Below are positions 37,906 to 47,112 of a stretch of 64,000 bases of DNA, piece by piece. Made by a program: the position numbers and the translations under genes. The stretch is taken from NCBI GenBank assembly GCA_963727505.1, contig CAVSGP010000004.1, forward strand, positions 960,001 to 1,024,000, in the 5' to 3' direction. This DNA comes from an uncultured Trueperaceae bacterium. Lineage in GTDB: Bacteria > Deinococcota > Deinococci > Deinococcales > Trueperaceae. The notes beneath the pieces were generated by a model that saw only the letters and a program-made list of their open reading frames with translations, made no database searches and was not told the DNA's origin. How positions within the stretch are numbered: the stretch's first letter is position 1; the number at the start of each line of letters is the position of its first letter.

Positions 37906-40335
37906 TCATTCACCGTACGGCACCCAGATGTTCTTCACGCGGGTGGCGCGGCGCAGGTACTCCGCGCCCTCACCCTGCTCGGCGTCGAACCAGTCGCGGC
38001 GCTTGCCGTAGTTGACCCAGGTGGCCTTGAGGTTGTCCGCGCTCTCACGCTCCACCGCCGTCGAGCCCTCGGCCGAGCCCACGTACCACATCGAGGCCAC
38101 GTCGGCGTGCCGCGCCAGCACCGCGGCGAGCTCGTCTCGGTCGCCGGTGACGATGTTGAGGGCCCCGGCAGGGAGATCGCTCGTGTCTATCACCTGATAG
38201 AAGTCGGTAGCGGCCAGCGGCCAGCGCGACGAAGGGACGGCCACGACGCGGTTGCCCATCGCCAGCGGCGGGGCCACGAGCGACACGAACGCCAGGAGCG
38301 GAGCCTCGTCGGGGCAAGCCACCGCCATCACGCCCCACGGCTCGGGCATGGCGAGCGTCACGTTGCGCAGCGGCGTTGCGTGCACGGCGCCGTCGAACTT
38401 GTCGGCGTGCGCCGCGTACAGGAACAGTCGCCGCACGCTCGCCGCGACCTCCCGTTCGGCGTCGGCCTTGCGCGCGCCGGTCATGGCGCGCAGCCGGGCG
38501 GCGAACTCGGCGGCGCGCGCATCCAGGTTCTCGGCCAGGAAGTAAAGCACTTGCGCCCGGTTGTGGGCCGTCGCCTTCGACCAGGCCACCCCCTTGCGCG
38601 CGGCCTCGACGGCGTTGCGCACGTCCTTGCGGTTGCCGAGCGGGGCCTCCCCCAGATGCGTTCCGTCGGCACCGAGCACCGGGTAGCTGTAGTTGCCGTC
38701 GGGGCGGGTCTGCTTGCCGCCCACGTAGAGCTTGGCCGTACGGTCGATGGCGCCGCCTTCCGGGGCTGGTGTGCCGGCACCCAGCGCCGCGCCACCGGCG
38801 GCGCCGCCGAGCTCTCCCTCGCCATAGGGCTCGAGCCGCGCCTCCCACGACGGCTTCAGGTACTCGAACATCCCCTCGCGTCCGCCCTCGCGCCCGAAGC
38901 CCGACTCGCGGTAGCCGCCGAAGCCACTGGCGGCGTCGAAGACGTTGGTGCAGTTCACCCACACCACACCTGCTTCCAGCTTGGGCGCGACGTCCAGCGC
39001 CAGGTTGACGTTCTCCGTCCATACGCTCGCCGCGAGCCCGTAACGGGTGTTGTTGGCCAGCTCGACGGCCTCGGCCGGCGTGCGGAAGGTCATGCTCACG
39101 ATGACGGGGCCGAAGATCTCCTCCTGCGCTGCGGCCGAGGAGGGCGCCACCTCGCTGAACAGCGTCGGCGGGAAGTACAGGCCACCGCTATCGGAGACCT
39201 CCGCCGCCCACGAGGGCTGATAGCAACGGCCGCCCTCGGCCTTGCACTGCTCCACCAGGCGCGTGATCTTCTCGAGCTGCACCGGCGCGACGATGGCACC
39301 GATATCCATGGCCTTGTCCAGCGAAGGCCCCTCGCGCAGCGTCTCCATGCGGGCCCGGAGCTTCTCCTCCATGCGTGCGGACACGCTCTCCTGCACGAGC
39401 AGGCGGCTGCCGGCGCAGCACACCTCGCCCTGGTTGAACCAGATGGCGTCCACCACACCCTCCACCGCGCTGTCCAGGTCGGCGTCGTCGAAGACGATGA
39501 AGGGGCTCTTGCCGCCCAGCTCGAGCGACAGCTTCACGCCCCGGCCCGCGGTGGCCTGCCGGATGATGCGCCCCACCTCGGTGGAGCCCGTGAACGCCAC
39601 CTTGGCGAGACCCTCGTGCGCCACCAGCGCGGCGCCGGTGCGTCCGTCGCCGGTCACCACGTTGAGCACGCCGGCCGGCAGACCCGCCTCGGCGGCGATC
39701 TCCGCGAAGGCCAGCGCCGTGAGCGGCGTGAACTCGGCCGGCTTCAGCACCACCGTGTTGCCCGCGGCCAGCGCCGGCGCCACCTTCCAGGCCAGCATCA
39801 GCAGCGGGAAGTTCCAGGGGATCACCTGGCCGCACACCCCGACCGGCTCGTAGCCGGCGAACGCGCTGTCCCGGAGCTGCGCCCAGCCCGCATGGTGGTA
39901 GAAGTGACGCGCCACCAGCGGAACGTCGATGTCACGCGTCTCGCGGATGGTCTTGCCGTTGTCGAGCGCCTCCAGCACCGCCAGCAGGCGCGCGTGCTTC
40001 TGCACGTGACGCGCCAGCGCGTAAAGGTGCCGCGAGCGCTCGAAGGGGGTCAGCGCCTGCCACGCCGGCAGCGCCTCCTTCGCGGCGCGCACGGCCGCGT
40101 CGACGTCGGCCTCGCCACCCTGCGCCACCTGCGCGAGCTCCGCACCGTCGCCCGGGTGCGTCGTCGCGAAGCGCTCCCCGTCGGCGGGGTCGATGAAGCG
40201 CCCGCCCACGAAGTGCCCGAAGCTGCGCTGGTGGCGCTCCAGCCAGGCCTGCGCGACCTCATCGCTCTCGGGCGCCGGGCCGTACTCCATGGTCTCGAAG
40301 ATCGCTTTCACGGTCGGTTCCGCGGTCCTGCTCAT
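37906..40335 (-). CDS. Aldehyde dehydrogenase, two-module ALDH16-type
   Basis: 809 aa; IPWNFP, FTGSTEVG, LELGGKSP, NQGEVCCAGSR, EEIFGP, plus a second truncated ALDH module ending KNIWVPYGE. Confidence 0.92.
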   Translation of the reverse strand: MSRTAEPTVKAIFETMEYGPAPESDEVAQAWLERHQRSFGHFVGGRFIDPADGERFATTHPGDGAELAQVAQGGEADVDAAVRAAKEALPAWQALTPFERSRHLYALARHVQKHARLLAVLEALDNGKTIRETRDIDVPLVARHFYHHAGWAQLRDSAFAGYEPVGVCGQVIPWNFPLLMLAWKVAPALAAGNTVVLKPAEFTPLTALAFAEIAAEAGLPAGVLNVVTGDGRTGAALVAHEGLAKVAFTGSTEVGRIIRQATAGRGVKLSLELGGKSPFIVFDDADLDSAVEGVVDAIWFNQGEVCCAGSRLLVQESVSARMEEKLRARMETLREGPSLDKAMDIGAIVAPVQLEKITRLVEQCKAEGGRCYQPSWAAEVSDSGGLYFPPTLFSEVAPSSAAAQEEIFGPVIVSMTFRTPAEAVELANNTRYGLAASVWTENVNLALDVAPKLEAGVVWVNCTNVFDAASGFGGYRESGFGREGGREGMFEYLKPSWEARLEPYGEGELGGAAGGAALGAGTPAPEGGAIDRTAKLYVGGKQTRPDGNYSYPVLGADGTHLGEAPLGNRKDVRNAVEAARKGVAWSKATAHNRAQVLYFLAENLDARAAEFAARLRAMTGARKADAEREVAASVRRLFLYAAHADKFDGAVHATPLRNVTLAMPEPWGVMAVACPDEAPLLAFVSLVAPPLAMGNRVVAVPSSRWPLAATDFYQVIDTSDLPAGALNIVTGDRDELAAVLARHADVASMWYVGSAEGSTAVERESADNLKATWVNYGKRRDWFDAEQGEGAEYLRRATRVKNIWVPYGE

Positions 40336-40889
40336 GCGCTACGCTCCTGACGCTGCCATTCGCTGCGCAGCAGGCCGAACACCTCCAGATCGGCGGGTTC
40401 GCCCCCGCCGACCGGATGCACCGCTCGCAGCGTGCCCTCGTGTCGGAATCCGAGCCGCTCGGCGACGCGACGGCTGGGGATGTTGTCCGGCTGGCACCGG
40501 ATCTCCACCCGGTTGAGGCCGTACTCCTCGAACATGACCCGCGTCAGTCCGGCCACCGCGCGCGTGACGACGCCGCGGCCGGACGCGCGCCGCGCGATCC
40601 AGTAGCCGAACTCGGTGCGGCCCACCACCCGGTCGAGATAGTGCACGCCCAGCATGCCGACCAGCTCATCATCGAGCCACATCCCCGTCTCGAACCCGTT
40701 GCCGCGCGCGAACTTCTCCAGCGCGCCCCGCAAGAAGGCCTGCACCGCCGCCTCGTCGGTGGACAGCGCCCACGGCAGGAACCGGCCCAGGTGCTCGCGG
40801 TTCTCCCCGACCAGGGACGCCAGCAGGGGTGCATGACGCTCCTCGAGAAGCACCAGGGAGAGGGAGTCGTCGAGCGGCAGACGGAACAT
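40332..40889 (-). CDS. GNAT N-acetyltransferase (RimL/RimJ-like)
   Basis: NREHLGRFLPW, EFGYWI, GRGVVT, GLNRVEIRC, NIPSRRVAERLGFRHEG. Confidence 0.9.
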   Translation of the reverse strand: MFRLPLDDSLSLVLLEERHAPLLASLVGENREHLGRFLPWALSTDEAAVQAFLRGALEKFARGNGFETGMWLDDELVGMLGVHYLDRVVGRTEFGYWIARRASGRGVVTRAVAGLTRVMFEEYGLNRVEIRCQPDNIPSRRVAERLGFRHEGTLRAVHPVGGGEPADLEVFGLLRSEWQRQERSA

Positions 40890-41881
40890 CAGCCCACCGG
40901 GTGCCGGAAGCCGGCGGAGTAGCGGCCCGTGAGGCCGTGCTCGAGCTGGCGCTCGATGTCGGCGAGCAGCGAGCTCGCCCCGATGCGGAAGAGGTCGGGC
41001 TCGAGCCACCGGCGCCCCAGCTCCTCGCGCATCAGCGCCAGCCAGACCAGGGCGTCCTTGGCCGTGCGCAGGCCGCCCGCGGGCTTGAAGCCCACGGCAA
41101 CGCCGGTACGCTCGTAGTACGCGCGGATGGCCCGCATCATCACCAGCCCGACCGGTAGCGTCGCGTTCACGCTCTCCTTGCCGGTCGAGGTCTTCACGAA
41201 GTCGGCGCCCGCCATCATCGCCACCAGGCTGGCCCGGTAGACGTTGCGTAGCGTGCCCAGCTCGCCGGTGGCCAGGATGGTCTTGAGGTGCGACTCGCCG
41301 GCCGCGTCGCGGAAAGCGCGCACCTCGTCGTAGAGCGCCTGCCAGTCGCCGGTGAGCACGTGACGGCGCGAGATCACGATGTCGATCTCGGCGGCGCCCG
41401 CACGCACGCTGCGGTCGATCTCCTCGAGGCGCGTCTCGAACGGCGAGAGCCCCGCCGGGAAGCCTGCGGAGACAGCGGCCACCGGTACGCCGGTGCCGCG
41501 CAGGGCCTCCACCGCCACCGGCACCATGTCGTGGTAGACGCAGACGGCTGCCGTGGTGAGGCCGGCGTCCGCCATGTCCATCGCCTCCAGCAGATCGCGC
41601 CGCACGGGATGCAACGCCTTGGCGCACAGCCGCCGCACCCGTCCGGGCGTGTCGTCGCCCGACAGCGTGGTGAGATCGATCAGGCGGATCGCGCGCAGCA
41701 GCCAGGCCAGCTGCCACTGCTTCTTCACGCTCCGGCGGGCGGGCAGCGTCGCGGCCCGGCGCTCGACGGCGCTGCGATTGACATGCGCGTCGCGGACCCA
41801 GTCGAGCGTCAGGGCCATGCCGGGGTTGCGCTTTTCGACCCCGTGCAGCGCCCGCTCTGCGGTGTCGCTCCCGATGTTCAT
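40889..41881 (-). CDS. deoC: Deoxyribose-phosphate aldolase (long form)
   Basis: IDLTTLSGDDT, AAVCVY, GFPAG, HLKTILATGEL, DFVKTSTGK, GFKPAGG, FRIGASSLL. Confidence 0.95.
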   Translation of the reverse strand: MNIGSDTAERALHGVEKRNPGMALTLDWVRDAHVNRSAVERRAATLPARRSVKKQWQLAWLLRAIRLIDLTTLSGDDTPGRVRRLCAKALHPVRRDLLEAMDMADAGLTTAAVCVYHDMVPVAVEALRGTGVPVAAVSAGFPAGLSPFETRLEEIDRSVRAGAAEIDIVISRRHVLTGDWQALYDEVRAFRDAAGESHLKTILATGELGTLRNVYRASLVAMMAGADFVKTSTGKESVNATLPVGLVMMRAIRAYYERTGVAVGFKPAGGLRTAKDALVWLALMREELGRRWLEPDLFRIGASSLLADIERQLEHGLTGRYSAGFRHPVG

Positions 41882-41925
41882 AGCTTCGCTCCCCACCCGT
41901 GCTGTCGCAGCGACGGGCACGTCCC

Positions 41926-41973
41926 AGCATACATGTCGTGGTCGCTCGAACCGGCCCTGGACCACGATATGAT
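41926..41973. promoter_or_regulatory. Back-to-back divergent -10 boxes with a 12-bp inverted repeat between them
   Basis: Minus TATGCT (41931-41926), plus TATGAT (41968-41973); CATGTCGTGGTC ... GACCACGATATG (11/12 match). Confidence 0.55.
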
Positions 41974-42033
41974 GCGATCCTTGGCACGCGTGGCTGCACG
42001 CAGGCAGCTGCCGTTCACCCGGAGGGAGTCTCC

Positions 42034-43032
42034 ATGCACCTGGCGCGGTTCCCGCGACGCCGCTACACCCCCCACACCACCCCGATCGAGCCGCTGGAGC
42101 GGCTCAGCGCGCACCTGGGTGGCCCCAACCTCTACATCAAGCGCGACGACCTGCTCGGCCTGACGGCCGGCGGCAACAAGACGCGCAAGCTCGAGTTCCT
42201 CGTTGCCGACGCGCTCTCCCAGGGCGCGGACACCCTCATCACCACCGGCGCCGTGCAGTCGAACCACTGCCGGCTGACCCTGGCTGCCGCCGTGCACGAG
42301 GGGCTCCATTGCCGCCTGGTCCTCGAGCAACGGGTGCCGGGCAGCTACGATCCGGGCGCCAGCGGGAACAACTTCCTCTACCGCCTGCTCGGTGTCGAGT
42401 CGATCACCGTCGTCGAGGGCGGAACCGACCTGATGGCGGCGATGCAGCGGGAGGCCGAGGCGCTCGAGGCCGAGGGACGCCGGGCCTACGTCATCCCCGG
42501 AGGGGGCTCCACCCCGCTCGGCGCGCTGGGCTACGTGGCATGCGCCGAGGAGCTGCTGGCGCAGACCTTCGAGACGGGGCTGAAGCTCGACCACATCGTG
42601 AGCGCCAGTGGCAGCGGCGGAACCCACGCCGGCCTGGTGGCGGGGACCTGGGGAACGAGTGCCAACGTCCCCATCACCGGCATCAGCGTGCGGGCGAAGA
42701 AGGCGGCGCAGGAGGAGCGCATCCTGGGGCTAGCGCGCCTGACCGCGGAGCTGGCCGGCGTGAAGGCCGAGCTGCCGCCCGAGGCCGTGAGCGTGCTCGA
42801 CGACTACGTGGGGCCCGGCTACTCGCTGCCCACCGACGCCATGATCGAGGCCGTGAAGCTGTTCGCCTCGCTCGAGGGCATCCTGCTCGACCCGGTCTAC
42901 ACCGGCAAGGCGGCCGCCGGGCTGATCGATCTGGTGCGGCGCGGGCGTTTCGAGCGCGACGAGAACGTGCTGTTCCTGCACACCGGCGGCTCCCCCGCTC
43001 TCTACGCCTACCAGGACGTGTTGCTGGGATGA
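42034..43032 (+). CDS. D-cysteine desulfhydrase family PLP enzyme, probable cysteate sulfo-lyase (CuyA-like)
   Basis: IKRDD, GGNKTRKLEF, GAVQSNH, SGSGGTHAGL, LDPVYTGKA, FLHTGGSP. Specificity inferred from the neighbouring racemase and SlcC-like genes. Confidence 0.85.
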   Translation: MHLARFPRRRYTPHTTPIEPLERLSAHLGGPNLYIKRDDLLGLTAGGNKTRKLEFLVADALSQGADTLITTGAVQSNHCRLTLAAAVHEGLHCRLVLEQRVPGSYDPGASGNNFLYRLLGVESITVVEGGTDLMAAMQREAEALEAEGRRAYVIPGGGSTPLGALGYVACAEELLAQTFETGLKLDHIVSASGSGGTHAGLVAGTWGTSANVPITGISVRAKKAAQEERILGLARLTAELAGVKAELPPEAVSVLDDYVGPGYSLPTDAMIEAVKLFASLEGILLDPVYTGKAAAGLIDLVRRGRFERDENVLFLHTGGSPALYAYQDVLLG

Positions 43033-43787
43033 ACGGCGCCACCAGCCATGGGCCGCGCCGGACGGTGGGCGTGCTCGGTGGGCTCGGCCCCGAGGCCACC
43101 CTCGACTTCTTCGCCAAGGTGCTGCGGCGCACCCCCGCCGAACACGACCAGGACCATCTGCACCTGATCATCGACAACGATCCGGGCGTCCCCGATCGCA
43201 ACGACGCGGTCGCGGGACGCGGACCGTCGCCCGCGCCCCGGCTCGGGGCCATGGCGCGGCGTCTGGAGGGGGCGGGGGCAGACTTCCTGGTGATGGTGTG
43301 CAACGCTGCCCACGCCTTCCAGGGTGCGGTCGTTCAAGCCGTCGCCATCCCCTTCGTCAGCATCATCGACGAGACGGTCGACGCGACGCTGGCGCGCGCG
43401 CCGGAGGCTCGTTGTGTCGGCGTGCTGGCGGCCGAGGGCGCGCTCGACGCAGGGCTCTACCAGCGGGCCTTCCAGGCTCGGGGGGTGACGGCGCTGGTCC
43501 CGGAGGGGGACGACCGCGCGCGCTTCATGGACCTGATGTACGCGATCAAGGGCGGAGACAAGGGGGACGAGGTAGCGCAGGGCATGCTCCGCCTGGCCCG
43601 CGCGCTCCGTGAAGCCGGCGCCGAAGCGCTGGTGGCCGGCTGCACCGAGGTCCCGCTGGTGCTGACGCAAGACGCGTTGGACGGCGCCGAACTGGAGCTG
43701 CCGCTCGTGGCCTCGACCGACGCGCTGGTCGAGGCCACGGTGGCGATCGCCCTGGGCGAGCGCCCGCTGCCCGCGCCCCCCGCGTGA
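43029..43787 (+). CDS. Aspartate/glutamate racemase family protein, possible cysteate racemase (CuyB-like)
   Basis: GVLGGLGPEAT, DQDH, VPDR, MVCNAAH and AGCTEVP (two catalytic Cys). Confidence 0.85.
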   Translation: MNGATSHGPRRTVGVLGGLGPEATLDFFAKVLRRTPAEHDQDHLHLIIDNDPGVPDRNDAVAGRGPSPAPRLGAMARRLEGAGADFLVMVCNAAHAFQGAVVQAVAIPFVSIIDETVDATLARAPEARCVGVLAAEGALDAGLYQRAFQARGVTALVPEGDDRARFMDLMYAIKGGDKGDEVAQGMLRLARALREAGAEALVAGCTEVPLVLTQDALDGAELELPLVASTDALVEATVAIALGERPLPAPPA

Positions 43788-44737
43788 GCCGCATCGTCGT
43801 GGCGGAGTACCTGCCGGAGGCGGCCCTGGACCTGCTGCGTGACGCCGGCGAGGTCGTCGGCGGGCCGGATCTGCACGCCCGGCGCCCCGACTTGAAGGAG
43901 CTCCTTCGCGACGCCGAGGCGCTGGTGGTCCGCAACCAGACGCGCGTCGACGCGGAGCTGATCGAAGCCGCGCCGCGCCTGCGGGTCGTCGGAAGGGTCG
44001 GCGTCGGTCTCGACAACTTCGATCTCGGTGCTCTGCGCGAGCGCCGCGTGACCCTCACCTTCTCCCCGGGCGCCAACGCCGCGAGCGTGGCGGAGTACGT
44101 GTTGGGTGCGATGCTGACCGTCTACCGGCGCTTCGGCGCAGTGGCCGACGCGGTCGCTGCCGGAGGGTGGGACCGCGAGGCGGCCACCGGCCGCGAAGCG
44201 TTCGGCGGGGTGATGGGCATCGTCGGGCTGGGCGACATCGGGGCGCGCGTGGCCAGCCGGGCCCGCGCCTTCGGGATGACGGTGCTCGCCACCGACCCCT
44301 ACCTGCACGACGCCAGCCTCCCCGTGCAGGAGAACGGCGTGACGCTCGTCGGGCTCGACGAGTTGCTGCAACGCTCGGACGTGGTGACACTGCATCCGCC
44401 ACTGACGCCGGCGACGCGCCACCTGCTCGGAGCGGCGCAGCTCGAGCACATGAAGGCGGGCTCGGTGCTCGTCAACACCGGCCGCGGGGCTCTGGTGGAC
44501 GAACGGGCGCTGGCGCAGGCCCTACGCCGCGGCCGGCCTGCCGCGGCCGTGCTGGACGTGCGCGATCCAGAACCACCGGGCGAAGACGACCCCCTCCGGG
44601 GCGCACCCAACCTGCTGGTGACGCCCCACGTGGCGGGTGTCACCGCCCAGGCGCTGGAACGCGGCGCCAGCCACGTGGCGCGCGACGTTGCCCGCGTGCT
44701 GGCAGGCGACCCCGCGGTGAGCGCCGTCCAGCTGTAG
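43784..44737 (+). CDS. D-2-hydroxyacid dehydrogenase, (S)-sulfolactate dehydrogenase SlcC-like
   Basis: IVVAEYL, ALVVRNQTRVD, VGRVGVGLDN, GANAASVAEYV, TPHVAGVT; the N-terminal pattern resembles SlcC. Confidence 0.8.
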   Translation: MSRIVVAEYLPEAALDLLRDAGEVVGGPDLHARRPDLKELLRDAEALVVRNQTRVDAELIEAAPRLRVVGRVGVGLDNFDLGALRERRVTLTFSPGANAASVAEYVLGAMLTVYRRFGAVADAVAAGGWDREAATGREAFGGVMGIVGLGDIGARVASRARAFGMTVLATDPYLHDASLPVQENGVTLVGLDELLQRSDVVTLHPPLTPATRHLLGAAQLEHMKAGSVLVNTGRGALVDERALAQALRRGRPAAAVLDVRDPEPPGEDDPLRGAPNLLVTPHVAGVTAQALERGASHVARDVARVLAGDPAVSAVQL

Positions 44738-44888
44738 CGGCCGCGCCCACACCACGCCCGGCAGCCGCCTCCCCTCTGGGTCCGGCACGCTGCGCGCGCG
44801 GATCGACGCCGGTTCCCGCTTACGGCCGGCGGCCCGGGTCACCCCCGTCCCACACTTCTCAGTGAGCTCGCGCCTCGGTCGCGCCGTC

Positions 44889-44941
44889 ATGGACGCATTG
44901 CGTCCATTTCGTTGACTTGCATGACGCATTTCTCCTATGAT
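44889..44941 (+). promoter_or_regulatory. Promoter with upstream perfect palindrome
   Basis: ATGGACGCA-T-TGCGTCCAT (44889-44907); TTGACT (44912-44917), 18 nt, TATGAT (44936-44941). Confidence 0.7.
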
Positions 44942-45006
44942 GGGCGTTGCCTGAAAAGTCATGCGCACGGGAGGATGGACCCTCGCCCAGGCAGGTCCAG
45001 TCTTGG

Positions 45007-45525
45007 ATGAGAATCGGTACCTATCACCAGCTCGACCGCATCGACCAGCAGATCGTCGACCTGCTGCGCACCGACGGGCGCATGCCTTACCGCGAGATCG
45101 CCCGTCGCCTGGCGGTCTCGGAGTCGATGGTGCGCAAGCGCGCCGGCAAGCTCCTCGAGTCCGGCTGGATGCGGATCCTCGCCATCAGCGACCCCCTCAA
45201 ACTGGGGGTCCCCATCGTCGCCACCACCTACGCGAGCGTCAGTCCGAACGTGCTGGAGGAGGTGACCGACGCGCTCGCCCGGAACGAGGCGGTCCGCTAC
45301 CTGGCCATCGGCGTGGGCAGCCGCAACCTCGTGGTCGAGTCGCTCCACGCCTCGGTCGAGGACGTGCACGCCTTCATCCAGAAGGAACTGGGAAGGGAGG
45401 GGGTCTACGAGAGCGAGACCATCCACGTGGTGAAGATCAAGAAGAGCGTCTGGGACTGGCCCTTGCCGACCGAGTCCGACGACAGCACCATGGCACCGAG
45501 CCCGAAACGGAGAGACGAACCATGA
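45007..45525 (+). CDS. Lrp/AsnC family transcriptional regulator
   Basis: LDRIDQQIVDLLRTDGRMPYREIARRLAVSESMVRKR. Confidence 0.92.
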   Translation: MRIGTYHQLDRIDQQIVDLLRTDGRMPYREIARRLAVSESMVRKRAGKLLESGWMRILAISDPLKLGVPIVATTYASVSPNVLEEVTDALARNEAVRYLAIGVGSRNLVVESLHASVEDVHAFIQKELGREGVYESETIHVVKIKKSVWDWPLPTESDDSTMAPSPKRRDEP

Positions 45526-47027
45526 AACGCTTGACCCTGACCCTCGGCCTTCTCGCGATGCTGGCCGCCGCCAGCCTGGGTTTCGCCCAGAAGAGCGGCG
45601 GCACCCTGATCGCGGCGTGGGCCCAAGACCCGGTGAGCCTGGACCCCCAGGTCACCAGCGCCTACTCGAGCTTCCAGGTCCTGGAGAACGTGCTCGACAC
45701 CCTGGTCGCCCTCGACCAGCAGGACAAGATCGTGCCGTCGCTGGCCAGCAGCTGGGAGTCCTCCGCAGACGGGCTCACCTGGACCTTCCACCTGCGCCAC
45801 GACGTCAAGTTCAGCAACGGACGACCGATGACCGCGCAGGACGTGGTCTACACCTACGACCGCATGCTCGATCCCAAGACCGGGTCCGGCAACGCCTACC
45901 TGCTGGCCGGCGTCAAGAAGGTCAGCGCGCCGGACGACTACACCGTGCAGTTCCAGCTCGAGGCACCCAACGTCGCGCTGCTCGGCCACCTGGCGGTCAA
46001 CAAGTCCGTCGGCATCATCGCCAAGGAGTCGGTCGAGAACGGCACCATCAAGACGCAGCCGATCGGCACCGGCCCGTTCATGATCAGCGATTTCCAGCCC
46101 GGTCAGAAGGTCGTGCTGAAGAAGAACCCCTACTACTGGAAGCAGGGCCTTCCCTACCTCGACGAGGTCGACATCCGCATCCTCACCGACGAATCGGTGC
46201 GCCAGACGGCGCTGCTCTCGGGCGACATCGACTGGGCCATCAGCGTGCCGCCGCAGAGCCTGGACCAGCTCCAGAACGCGCAGGGCGTGGTGGTGGACAA
46301 GACCACGGCGGGCGCCTACTGGTACATCGGCATCAACCTCAACAACCAGTACCTCAAGAACCCCAAGGTGCGTGAGGCCATCAACTACGCCATCAACCGC
46401 AAGGACATCACCACCGCGATGACCTTCGGCACCGGCGAGCCGACGCAGGATCCGATCCCGTCGTCGAGCGCCTGGGCGTACAACTACGCGCCCTACAGCT
46501 ACGACCCCGGCAAGGCCAAGCAACTCCTGGCCGACGCCGGCTACCCCGACGGCTTCCGCATGATGATCATGCCCACCACCCAGTACCCGGAGTCGGTGCG
46601 CGGCGCCCAGGTGATCCAGCAGGAGCTGGGCCAGATCGGCGTCAAGGTGACCATCAAGACGCTGGAGTGGGCGCAGTGGCTGCAGGAAGAGGGCAAGGGC
46701 AACTACGACACCTACGTGTGCTCGTGGAACGGCCTCGTCGACCCCGACGACTACTTCTACGCCCAACAGAAGACGGGTGAGGTCTTCAACTTCACCGGCT
46801 ACAGCAACAGCAAGGTCGACCAGCTGCTGAGCGAGGGCCGCAAGACGCAGGGCTTCGACCAGCGCAAGACGATCTACCAGCAGGTCAACAAGATGGTGGT
46901 GGACGACGCGCCGTACATCTACATGTACAACCCCGCCAACATCAACGCCTACCGCGACTACGTCAAGGGCTACTCGGCCCGGCCCGATCAGGCCGTGAAC
47001 TTCAGCCAGACCTGGCTCAACAACTGA
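45522..47027 (+). CDS. Peptide ABC substrate-binding protein (family 5)
   Basis: Signal peptide, SLDP, PSLASSW, IGTGPF, VREAINYAINR, KAKQLLADAGYPDGF. Confidence 0.93.
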   Translation: MKRLTLTLGLLAMLAAASLGFAQKSGGTLIAAWAQDPVSLDPQVTSAYSSFQVLENVLDTLVALDQQDKIVPSLASSWESSADGLTWTFHLRHDVKFSNGRPMTAQDVVYTYDRMLDPKTGSGNAYLLAGVKKVSAPDDYTVQFQLEAPNVALLGHLAVNKSVGIIAKESVENGTIKTQPIGTGPFMISDFQPGQKVVLKKNPYYWKQGLPYLDEVDIRILTDESVRQTALLSGDIDWAISVPPQSLDQLQNAQGVVVDKTTAGAYWYIGINLNNQYLKNPKVREAINYAINRKDITTAMTFGTGEPTQDPIPSSSAWAYNYAPYSYDPGKAKQLLADAGYPDGFRMMIMPTTQYPESVRGAQVIQQELGQIGVKVTIKTLEWAQWLQEEGKGNYDTYVCSWNGLVDPDDYFYAQQKTGEVFNFTGYSNSKVDQLLSEGRKTQGFDQRKTIYQQVNKMVVDDAPYIYMYNPANINAYRDYVKGYSARPDQAVNFSQTWLNN

Positions 47028-47044
47028 GCCTCGTTCCTTGAGCC

Positions 47045-47076
47045 GCGTGGGAGGCGGGTGGACCCGCCTCCCACGC
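47045..47076. other. Stem-loop between SBP and permease genes
   Basis: GCGTGGGAGGCGGGT-GG-ACCCGCCTCCCACGC, a perfect inverted repeat. Confidence 0.7.
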
Positions 47077-47112
47077 TCGTCCGTTTCCGCTATCTTGTCT
47101 ACAGAGGTACCC

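Noticed and set aside
40332..41999. 555-aa ORF suggesting a DeoC-GNAT fusion or frameshift
   Set aside because: deoC has its own stop at 40889-40891 overlapping the GNAT ATG; the upstream part of the ORF is off-frame.
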